From: Zygnema circumcarinatum SAG 698-1b
Lineage: Eukaryota; Plantae; Zygnematophyceae
Reading direction: 5' to 3'
NCBI GenBank assembly: GCA_037447605.1
Contig: CM074813.1
Span: 2,170,001 to 2,234,000 of the forward strand
Length of the DNA stretch: 64,000 bases
This document shows positions 12,436 through 22,642 of this stretch, piece after piece. Under the pieces are notes generated by a model. It was not told where the DNA came from. It did no database searches and saw only the letters and a list, made by a program, of their open reading frames with translations. The stretch's first letter is position 1. Every line of letters begins with the position of its first letter. The translations under genes were made by a program, and so were the position numbers.

Positions 12436-12844
12436 AATGAGGCGTGGAGATAAGGTCGTGTTTCCCTAAATACGACGTTATCTGCAGAGTGTGAGAGTGT
12501 GAGAGGAAGGGGACGGATGGGAAGCACGGCAGGGAGGGGGAGAACGGAAGAATGGAAAAGCAGGAGAGCAAACGTGAAAAATTGAGGGAGGAAGCAGAGT
12601 TGGGAAGTGAAGAAAAGAGAGATGGAAAGGGAACGGCATGGGAGGCAGAAAGGAGAGGAAGTGGAAGGGGGAGAAATAGTGGAGGAAGAAAGTGGAGGAG
12701 AAGAAGGACGAGAATTGTGCAGAGGAGAAGAGGGGCAGACTAGCGAATGGTATCGAATTTAGGAGTACATTTTTCATGGCTATCAGCAAACGAGATACTG
12801 TGTGAGAAAACTTCGACCCATTTTTCTCTCTGCATGCGGCAAAC

Positions 12845-13233
12845 ATGGCGTTGCTTTTTGGTGGTAACAGTGGCCATGGCATCCCACTGGTTCCTCCCGT
12901 TCCAGTAGTAGCGCCCCCGCCTCACGGGTACCCTGGGGTTCACCCCCCTTACAAACCGTCTCCAGGTCGTCCGCCATATCCTACAACTCAGTCTTACCCT
13001 GCTGTAGGCCCATGGATGTCCAACCGGTCTTACCCTCCCCCTTATTCACAGTTTCAAGGCAAATGGAGCGTGGCTGGCAATCTGTGCCGTCTAGCCACTC
13101 TCCGCGCATGCCGAGTCCAACCCCCTCTCCTCCTCCCACATCGCCAGAGTCACTGCGAACGGCGGCCATTAGGAATGACGTAAACTTGGAGCGTGCGCTA
13201 CTCTGGACAATACTTGGTGGCCTTCTCATTTGA
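12845..13233 (+). CDS. Small Pro/Tyr-rich protein (~99 aa) with hydrophobic C-terminus; 2 exons
   Basis: Exon 12845-13058 (MALLFGG..PPPHGYPGVHPPYKPSPGRPPYP..YSQFQ) joins exon 13148-13233 (ESLRTAAIRNDVNLERALLWTILGGLLI*) in frame through an 89-nt GC-AG intron. A further GTAAG donor at ~13252 suggests a 3' UTR intron. Confidence 0.55.
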
Positions 13234-15912
13234 TGCAACAGTGGCTGAGAGGTAAGGAATTGATCGAGATAACCATGGAGGTTTTCTTAGAGTAGGTGGT
13301 ATATTGAAGCTCGCATGCGTTTGAACTATGTATATGGGCAGAGGGGAAGAACTGTTGCCAAACTATGTTATTGGGAAGGGCATTCAAAACGGATGGCATA
13401 CAAAGTGAGAGCGACGGCAACGATTCGGACAATGCTATCGGGATGGAGATTTATGTGACATTGAGATTAAATTACACTTGAACCTTTTCTATTGATGTTT
13501 CTTTGCATTCCCGATTGCTGCTAACTAGGATTGGCAGCTGGATATTCTGTGATTATGGTTTGACCGATGGAGAGGCTGGTCAGCCATAATTTGTCATATT
13601 GTGTGTAGATCAGCTTTGGTCTATGCTGGTTTGATTGGGGACGACGCTTAATAGTCAGGTGAAGTTGCTGTCATGTTTCGGGACCTTATCTTCATTTTTA
13701 AAGCTCAAGCTGCCTTGTCAATCTTTGTTTCTTTTCTTAGCATGCTCCTTTTTGTTTTCTTTTGGCGTTCACTTGGATCAAAGGCTGCTGTTTGTACATG
13801 CCGAAGGCGACCAGCAATGTTTCATGTGCAGCATGTACTTTTCCACTTCAAGGAAGGGATGTTGTAGCTGCTGTTTATCAAGGTCATTCTTACCATAATC
13901 TTCTTTCTTGAGTCAGATCTCCTCTTTGTATCTTATTACGTCAGCGGCATCGAACGTAATCATCCAACGAGTGATCCTTTTGTTGTTCATATTATTTTTC
14001 ACGTCAACGCTTACTAGACCTTTTTAAAAACTATCTTTTCCTCATGTGCCTTCGCATTTGAGCATCTTGGAGTTTTAATTTCTAAATTTTGTTTTATGTT
14101 TGTGGTCCCTTTTTTGAATGAACAGTATTTGTGTCTTCTTTGTCGCGAAGGGAGGGGAGAATTGCGGCTTCACTTCAGTACGACCTGAATTGTACACCCC
14201 AATACGCGTTCCTTTTGAGAAGGGCCTTGGACAAAAATTTCGGCAGGCCCCAGGATCAGGGGTGGATTAAAAAAAAAAAAAAAACGATAATCGTATATCG
14301 TTTATTTTTAATAAACGATTTCCAGAGGCAGAGCTGACCAGCGAACAGAAGGAACAGTATCCCCTTTTAGTCGTACGTACTGAGACTGTGCCAAAGTACC
14401 CTCCGCCAGATGCTCCGAGCAGAGAAGAGGAGTCCTTGGTGCAAAGCTGCCTATGTGGGTCCAGTCACAGACGACATATGAAAAAACAGCCTCGAGAAAC
14501 AGCCTGATAGAGAGTACATTGCCAAAGTGCTCAAGCAGAAGGCCTGGCTGGATGGGACCTAATAGCATGGTGTGTGATATTCAGTGTTATGTGCAGCAAA
14601 TGTAAGAAAGTATGGCGGTATCAACCTAACCGGTTGATCCCAACATGGGAAATTTTGAATGCCTAACCATGGTCCCATTTGTCGACGAGTCGTGGAACGC
14701 TTGCTGGAGATCAGAGTGCCTTGGAACAAAGGCTTTGACTGCAGTGCAGCGCTCACAGCCAGAAGGATCTGAAGGGCAGTGAAGGGGGAGGGATTAGATG
14801 AGTCCAAAGAAAGCCCTGCCAGGTAGGAGCATAGGAGCCATAATAAGGCTTTTTCAGGGGTTGACAGCTGTCCGGTGTGCGTTGCGTTTAGTTGTTCAGA
14901 AGGTCGCTGATTTCTGGAAGCATCAGTAAATGTGTAGAGTGTGGTATGCACGTGCGAGCTTCCGCAATTGCGGGACGTGCTGTGTAGTTGGTGGCCTTCG
15001 TCCCCAGATGTCCCTTATGGAATGTTTGGTGTACTGGCTTACACTTGCCCAATGCAATCAAAACTACTGATAAAGCCGTACTGTTATTACTTTTTGTGGC
15101 CCAAGCCATGTTCCAGAAAGCAAACTGGCACAGGCAGTCCGGAGTTCACCAGGATTCAGAGAAGCATGTGAAGTTAACTATGTTTTTTGTCTTCACTGGG
15201 GAGACACTGTCCATTTTTTATGAGGTGCTCACCAACAGCCGGCTCTAGTGAGCCACACATTACAACGGCCAAGCTAACATTCAAGGGATTCAGTTGGCTA
15301 AACAACCTCTCAACTCAGACAAGCTTTCTTTCTGAATGAGAGCCGGCTGAATGGCGGAGGCTTTGTTTGCGTTGGCTTTAGGGTGTGCTTTCATGGTTCA
15401 ACTTCATTCAACTGGTTGAGTGGAGTTAAAAACTGAGGCGGAGAGTTTGTTTTTATTTTTGAATTCCTATTCTCTCTCATTTTGCCAGCTCTTCTGTCTT
15501 TTCCAAAGACTGCGACTGACATACGACAAGATCATCGTCATTCCCGCTAGCTACTGTCTGCAGTATAACCTGTGCAGAAGAAGGCCTTTGGAAAAAAATG
15601 GAAACAGCAGAGCAGCCGCTGCAATACACGGTTGGAGCTACCTGTGCTGCCTGCTTCGTTGCAGTTAAGAAGCTTAGAGCATAGCCACTCAATTTCTTAT
15701 TCTCTCTTCTTTTCGAGTATTTAATTATTTATTTCTTGCGCTTGTCTACAGTGCACGTATTTATAGAGAACGGTCGTTCACGAGATTCAGCAAATTAAAA
15801 AAGGGCAGGAAAGGGGAGGGAGAGAAACCAGGGACAAGTCTGAGAGATTTGACAGTAACGCCTTAAGGAAACGGAACTCCTGCATTGGCATGAAGACTGA
15901 GCAGTTGTTATG

Positions 15913-15995
15913 ATTGCCATGACGACAAACCCTCCCTCCCTCCCTCTGCCTCTGCCTCTGATTTTTCGTCCTCCCGCTCTCCTCCCCACCGGAGA
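15913..15995. repeat. ~85-bp module similar to 27075-27190
   Basis: TTGCCATGACGACAAACCCTCCCTC...CTCTGCCTC...CCGCTCTCCTCCCCACCGGAGAG matches TTGCCATGGCGACAAACCCTCCCTC...CTCTGCCTC...CCGCTCTCCTCCGCAACGGAGAG. Confidence 0.65.
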
Positions 15996-16183
15996 GTTCC
16001 TTCTGTTTACGACGAACTTCAGATGAACTTCAGACTCCTCAAATTCAACGCGAACCAAACTCCTGGTATCCACCTTTACATTTGTGACTTCTCATTTCTA
16101 CAAAAGTACAATTTACAATGTACAATTTTTTACAAAAGTACCAAAATTTAACAAAGGGAGCTCCTCAACATTCTTGCGTTGTT

Positions 16184-19100
16184 TCATGTTGCTTCCTTCA
16201 CCTTACCGGCGCCCCAAGAAAAGGGAGCCTCCGGTTCCAAGGGAGGATAAACCTCATCTGCCTTACCGAAATACCGGTTCACATAATTCTTCTGCAACAT
16301 AAAAAATGTTAAGATTAAAGTTAGCGGCAAGAGGTTGCCCTTGAAAATATGCTCCTTTTTTTCTAAGACGAGCCTAAGCAGAAAAACAAAAGTACAATTC
16401 CTAACATGCAAGTTAATCACCCTACTACCAGGATGAAAATGAACACGTTTTTACCTCCCACTTCAATATTTCCGGATTTTCTGCAGTCTCCTTTGGGTAG
16501 AACTTGTACACTTCCATGAGTCGCAGTGACTCGCGCTCCGCCACTGGCATTGAATCAATCATTCGTCTTCGTTCAGCTCGGGCCTGCCATGTTGCAACAA
16601 AACTCACACTCCTTGTTAGCAAAATGTATGCAGTAAAAACAAACATTCATATCAGCATCCATACAAACTTTGATCCTTCGCTATTCAGCATTTCTAAGCC
16701 TTTCCAGTTGAACTGCAACTCCTTACATAGTGCGAACAAAGGTCAAGCGTTCGGTAACAAGACTGACAATTGGCGTAGTGAATGCACAAAGGTTGTTATT
16801 CAGGATTTCTTTAGAGCCAAAAAGCATGCAAACATCTTATTGATGACTCTAGCAACTCTAAAGGTAGACAAAGGCAACAGTTTATGTCTCAACTCACCTC
16901 TCTAATCTTGGCCTTTTCCGCATTCGCCTTATCTTTGCAGTGTGCCTGACCCATAAATTCAAAGCAATGCCAATATCACACATCCAATCAGGAAATTAAA
17001 TGTGCCCAAAGATTCTAAAACACATAAACCAAAAGCAGTAGCAGTGAGGAGTTCTAGTTGCTCCCTTAGCAGCGGCTGATAGATAGGTCCTGCCTTCCGA
17101 CTCCACTGCCAGTCCCATCACTTAGAACAAAATTCGAGATGGAGCTGGTGCCTTACCCAAAACTTCTCATGTTCTGACTGTGGCAGTGCATAGGCTTCAG
17201 AAATCCTCTCCAAAAAGTTCTGCAAGATGTACGTGGCCTTCACTCATATTAGTAGCAGTGATGCCTTGATCTTTTCCAAACCGCTCAACCCATAAACAGT
17301 TGACTTAGGATCACATTGGAAGCGGCCTTTCTCTTGGAGGACAGAAGCTGCAAAGTCCAAAATCAATGAAGGCATCACTCATACTAATGAGAGTGAAGGC
17401 CATGTACCTCTTTTTCATCCATCTTCCAATCATAATCTGTGACAATCTGCCACCCAGCCCTCATACAATCAAATATAAGACACTCTCCTTAAGCCATCCC
17501 TTGTCTGAATTTCAATTTTTGTCTTTCAGTCAAAACAGAAATGGCCTGCAAGATAGAACTAATAGTCATGGTGGCCTCAACCTTAACCCTACTAGACCCT
17601 TTCATTGCGAATGTCCCGTGAATGAACGACAGTGCTGATTCCGACGTTCATGCAAAGGTACGGACATCTGAATCATCATATCTACTCTCTTTGTTGTATG
17701 CTTGTATAGTTCCAATAACCCCGTGACTATTGGTGTATCTACTCCAGAAGACACCTCGTCCCTTTGAGTACGTTGCCCATAATAAGAACCAAGTGACGTC
17801 AAAACTAAAGTAGGAAGAACGAGGTAGGAGTTGATACATGCTAAGCATAGACACACTGGTACAACGGCCCTAAAAGCTTCTAATGCAAAGGACGCACCGG
17901 TGGCTTTTCCTCGTCATATGTGTACATGATGTCGAGTACTGAGTCTACTTCGGGATCCCCTTCCTTCTCTGGGTTTGAAACATCTGTGAAGGAACACCCA
18001 ATAGTTTAATAAAAAAGGAAAGGAAAGGCACAAGAATCTACAAGTATGTCGAATAGGAACAACTATAAAAAGGGGAAGTGACTTAAAACTCACATGGATT
18101 CAAATACTCAAATTTTTTTACATCCTCCTCTTTCATCCTTTTTAAGGTCGTCCTGCATAATGCACTTGGAAGTATGTGTTAGCAACTCACTCGACAATAC
18201 ATGATTTAAGCGTGAAGCTGGAAAACAACGGAGAAGCATCAAGACAAAAACAACAACAGTTTCCGTATTACCTCCGTAGTTGGCACTTCAATACATGAAT
18301 TTTTACTTCAGATCGTTCTGCAGGCTTTCTCCTGCACAGCCGTAATGCACACCAAACAACAGAAGGAAAAACAAATAGAATTGAGAAACCAGCAATGTTC
18401 AATCACATGAGAATACAACAGAACATGTAAAATTAACAATATCGCAAGTATTATTACCACGCCGTCTCCTCGTCAAAGTACGGAATCCAGCCAAACTTCA
18501 TTTTTTTCATGTCTACGATTTCTTCGATTTCCATTTGGATGGACTTCACCCCGAGCTTGTAAGACGGGGCCAGTGGAGAAACCACCTGCCAGTAATAACA
18601 CAAGTCTTAATCAGATTAGTCCATGACCTCTACCACATTTACAATCGCATTTGTGAACAAAGGAAATAGAGCTCTAAGGTCTGAGGGATGAGGTATAGCA
18701 AGACAAAAGCCAGCAACTTACAGAAACGATCACTGGGATAAAAAAACCTTTCCCCAGCACTTCCGAAAATTGACCTGCATTTGACAGACAGTTCAACAGT
18801 TCATCCATAAATTTCAATGCGGTCTTTTCAATGCTGACAAACAAAAACAGAGCATGGCAATTTATTACTGCTTGAAGTAGAAGAACCTAAAAGTGTAAAA
18901 CGAACTTACCTTCAGTCGTCCCGAACAGCCAACAGGTCTTGTCGTGCAGAACCCCGCCAGCCTCGAATGCTTCCTGCAATAGTTTTTGAAGCATCTTGGT
19001 TAGTACAATGAATAGCTTAAAAGTGGATAAAGCGAGCAAACCAATATATTCAGCAGTTCCACTACTACGTATCATCGCTGAAATGTACAAAAGAAAAGGT

Positions 19101-19416
19101 AGAGCGTCGAATATTTACCTCGAGGGAAGAAAAATCCCAGTTTTTTTTATGGACATCCTCGTATTGAGCCCACTGTAAAAGAGCGAGCAAGAGGTAATTA
19201 ATAGCCAGACTTTTGCAAAAGCAAAAAACAATCCAACTGGCTGCTTAAAACAATAAAACTGAAAAAGAACTCACCTCAGTTCCAACCAGAAACACCTCCT
19301 TCCAAAGATTTTCATGCAGAAGTGAAGGGAGAAGTGTCAGGCATTTCCCCAACCTTCAATGAAGATGCGTCAGCAACACAGTCAAGGATCGAATGTGAGG
19401 CAAACGTACTCACCAT
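16184..19416 (-). CDS. HIT4: HEAT INTOLERANT 4-like chromatin/chromocenter protein (13-14 short exons)
   Basis: Spliced exons give M|VFLVGTE|WAQYEDVHKKNWDFSSLE|EAFEAGGVLHDKTCWLFGTTE|GQFSEVLGKVFFIPVIVS|VVSPLAPSYKLGVKSIQMEIEEIVDMKKMKFGWIPY..|..IHVLKCQLRR|TTLKRMKEEDVKKFEYLNP|..EKPP|IVTDYDWKMDEKE|NFLERISEAYALP..|..EVYKFYPKE..|KNYVNRYFGKADEV. This is colinear with recalled Arabidopsis HIT4 (FPVGTEW..GCTEPQL..KKFEYCLPY..FYKFYP..INRYYGKAHEVL). Confidence 0.92.
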
Positions 19417-19583
19417 CTCCACAAAAAAAAAAAACACCAGATTGACCCTCCCCTTTGCGGATGCTCTCTTCCTTGACCTCCCTTCTATTCCCTCTGCTTC
19501 CTCGCCTGCACTCGCTCTTCAATTTTCCTCCTGCAAGCTCTCCGCCTCTCGCCTTCCCTCCCTCTCTCCCTGGAGACTTTGGA

Positions 19584-19900
19584 CCGTACTAGCCGTACTA
19601 GCCGTACTAGCTGTAGTAGCCGTTACGGGCTTAAATTAAACTCTCCGAATCTTCCCACAAGTGCCACCGTAAGAGGCGCTCGCTCCTCTTCCCTTCGTTT
19701 TGACTTCGATACGTAACGATACGATACGACACTGCGCCATACGTTACGATACGGTACGATATGATACGGTACGATACGTACCAGCCTACATGAACTCTAA
19801 CATAATACCGCCCGCCTATTGGTAACACGAACCTTCTATTTGCAAAATCAAGATTTTCGCCCCATATTTGCCAAAACCATGGCGAAAATATAAGGACCCC
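19584..19900 (-). mobile_element. Partial inverted copy (a) of TIR element family B
   Basis: The reverse complement matches 19917-20290 (shared GTAGCCGTTACGGGCTT, GTGCCACCGTAAGAGGCG, CGATA arrays, CATGAACTCTAACAT) and ends in GGACCCC. With copy b it forms a ~700-bp imperfect palindrome. Confidence 0.8.
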
Positions 19901-20361
19901 AAACTGTACAACTACAGGGGGTCCTCGTCATATTTTCCACCTGGTTTCGGCAAATACCGGGCGAAAATATTGTTTTTGGCAAATAGAAGGTCCGTGTTAC
20001 CAATAGGCGAGCGGACTGATGTTAGTGTTCATGTATATCCGTACGTATCGTATCGTATCGGTTTTGTCATATCGTATCGCATCGTACCGTATCGGCTACA
20101 ACAGCTCGTACGGCTAGTACGGATACTATCGTATCGGGCATATCGTATCGTATCTTATCGTATCGAAGCCAAAAAGAAGGGGAGAAGAGCGACCGCCTCT
20201 TACGGCGGCACGAGCGGGGAGATTAGGTGAGTTTTGCGTAAGCCCGTAACGGCTAGTACAGCTAGTACGTTTAGTACGGTCAGTACGAATTGTACGGGTT
20301 TTAGGGTTTTTAGGGTACGGATAGTACGAATAGTACGGCTAACTCTAAGTTACCGTACAAA

Positions 20362-21192
20362 GGGTAACTCTACTGCACCCCCGCGTTTTGTCTTTCGCAC
20401 CCCCATTTTGAAAATTTTTCCTGCCCGTTTTGGTTACCCCCCCAACTTTGAATATTTCGGGAAAAAATATTTTTCCCGCCCCTCCCGTCCCCTCCGCTCC
20501 CCCCCCTTTCTTGCGCTGTCCTCCCCTCCCCTCCTCTCCCCTCCCCTCCCCTCCCCTCCCCNNNNNNNNNNCCTGCCCTCCCTTGCCCTCCCCTCCTCGT
20601 CTCTCCTCTTCTCGGTTTGCAATGTCCATAAAAATGCTACCAACTGAGTATGAGACCCGCGATGAGCTCGTACAAGTCGAAAAAATGTTCCAATTGCAAG
20701 CAAGCAGGCCACAACTTAAGATCTTGCCTTAATTAGGGGGTCTATGATCCCAACCTGAAAACAGAGAGTAACAGTTGCCCAACATTGGTGACCTTTTGCA
20801 GCTGCGTTTAAGGCTGCGTTTTTTGTGCTTAAGCTTAGTTAGTTTAGTTTTTTGCTCCTAGTTTTTTTATTTTGTGCTTGGTTCATTAGCGACCAATTCC
20901 TTGTGGTTTCCATGTTGGCTTTGTCCATGTTTATTTGATGGCCTCACCATCTTGAGACCCAATGCAAATCCCCTTTTCTTTTNNNNNNNNNNGGGGAGGG
21001 GAGGGGAGGGGAGGGGAGAGGAGGGGAGGGGAGGACAGCGCAAGAAAGGGGGGGGAGCGGAGGGGACGGGAGGGGCGGGAAAAATATTTTTTCCCGAAAT
21101 ATTCAAAACTGGAGGGGTAACCGAAACGGGCAGGCAAAACTTTCAAAAGGGGGGTGCGAAAGACAAAACGCGGGGGTGCAGTAGAGTTACCC
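20362..21192 (+). mobile_element. Mutator-like (MULE) non-autonomous element X1
   Basis: ~200-bp TIRs starting GGGTAACTCTACTGCACCCCCGCG; exact 9-bp TSD CCGTACAAA at 20353-20361 and 21193-21201; internal CCHC zinc-knuckle remnant; two assembly gaps. Confidence 0.9.
20662..20736 (+). pseudogene. C-terminal zinc-knuckle remnant of a MULE transposase
   Basis: Reads MSSYKSKKCSNCKQAGHNLRSCLN*, a C-x2-C-x4-H-x4-C motif as at the C-terminus of MuDR-type transposases. Confidence 0.65.
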
Positions 21193-21387
21193 CCGTACAA
21201 AAAGGTGGTTTCGGCAAAATCGGTGCGAATTTATTGGTGACGCACTGTTGAAGGTGGAAAATATGACGAGGACCCCCTGTAGTAAAGTACGTCTAGTACG
21301 GCTAGTACAAATACAGTACGGTAGGGGGTCCTCATATTTTCCACCCTGGTTCCGGCCAATATGAGGCGAAAATATTAATTTTGCATA

Positions 21388-22642
21388 GGGTAACTCTACT
21401 GCACCCTCGCGTTTTGTCTTTCGCACCCCCCCATTTGAAAATTTTGCCTGCCCGTTTTGGTACCCCCCAGTTTTGAATATTTCGGGAAAAATCTTTTTCC
21501 CGCCCCTCCCGTAAACCTCCGCTACACCCCCTCCCCTGCCCTCTCCTCCCCTCCCCTCCCCTCCCTTCCCTTCCCCTCCGCTGCCCCTCCCCTGCCATGT
21601 CCTCCCCGGCCCTCCCCTCCCGCCCGCTCCCCTCCCCTCCCCTCCCCTCCTCCCCTCCCCAGCCCTCCCCTCCCTCCCTCCCACTCCCTCCCTCCCTCCC
21701 TCCCTCCCTCCCTCCCTCCTCCCTCCCTCCCCTCCCTCCCTCCCTCCCTCCCTCCCTCCCTCCTCCCCTCCCCTCCCCTCCCCTCCTCCCCTCCCTCCCT
21801 CCCTCCCTCCCTCCTCCCTCCTCCCCTCCCCTCCCTCCCTCCCTCCCTCCCTCCTCCCTCCCTCCCCTCCCCTCCCCTCCCCTCCCTCCCTCCCTCCTCC
21901 CTCCCCTCCCCTCCCTCCCTCCCTCCTCCTCCCTCCCTCCCTCCCTCCCTCCCTCCCTCCTCCCTCCTCCCTCCCTCCCTCCCTTGCCCTGTCCTCCCTC
22001 CCTCCTCCTCCCTCCTCCCTCCCTTCCCTTCCCCTCCGCTCCCCTCCCCTGCCCTGTCCTCCACGGCCCTCCCCTCCCGCCCGCTCCCTCCCTCCCTCCC
22101 TCCTCCCTCCCCGGCCCTCCTCCCTCCCTCCCTCCCTCCCTCCATCCCTCCCCCTCCCTCCCTCCCTCCTCCCTCCCCGGCCCTCCCCTCCCGCCCGCTC
22201 CCCTCCCCTCCCCTCCCCTCCTCTTTTTCTGGACATTCCACCCCCCTCGTTTTCTCCTTTTCACTATTGACTTCCAACAATGTGCGACAAAAGAAAAGGG
22301 GATTTGCATTAGTCTCAATATGGTGAGGCCATCAAATAAACATGGACAAAGTCAACATGGGAACCACAAGAAATTGCAAACCGAGAAGAGGAGAGACGAG
22401 GAAGAGAGAGGGGCAAGGAAGAACAGGAGCAGGAGGAAGGAAAGAGAGAAAGCAAACTTGGAGAGAATCCGAGGAAAGAGACAGGGCAAGGAGGCGAAAG
22501 AAGGAAAGAGAAGAGGAAGAAAGAAAGGAAGGAGCGAGCATTTTCCCGAAATATTCAAAACTGGGGGGTACCAAAACGGGCAGGCAAAATTTTCAAAAGG
22601 GGGGTGCGAAAGACAAAACGCGGGGGTGCAGTAGAGTTACCC
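21388..22642 (-). mobile_element. Mutator-like (MULE) non-autonomous element X2
   Basis: Same TIR as X1 (GGGTAACTCTACTGCACC...GGTGCAGTAGAGTTACCC); exact 9-bp TSD TTTTGCATA at 21379-21387 and 22643-22651; internal sequence is inverted relative to X1. Confidence 0.9.
21530..22230. repeat. ~700-bp polypyrimidine (CCCT/CCT)n low-complexity tract inside X2
   Basis: Almost only C and T on + strand; source of the spurious Pro-rich and Gly/Arg/Glu-rich ORFs. Confidence 0.95.

Larger units (their letters stand above)
19911..21283 (+). mobile_element. TIR element family B, copy b (non-autonomous, superfamily unassigned), interrupted by element X1
   Basis: Perfect 32-bp terminal inverted repeat ACTACAGGGGGTCCTCGTCATATTTTCCACCT at 19911-19942 and 21252-21283. 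Interior has TATCG and GTAC tandem arrays; no ORF and no clear TSD. Confidence 0.8.

Noticed and set aside
20296-20315. TTTTAGGG x2 as an interstitial telomere
   Set aside because: Only two imperfect units, inside a repeat element; not distinguishable from telo-box-like chance.
21187-22634. Long Pro-rich and Gly/Arg/Glu-rich ORFs (289-349 aa) on both strands
   Set aside because: Translations of the (CCCT)n tract inside element X2; no real protein signal.
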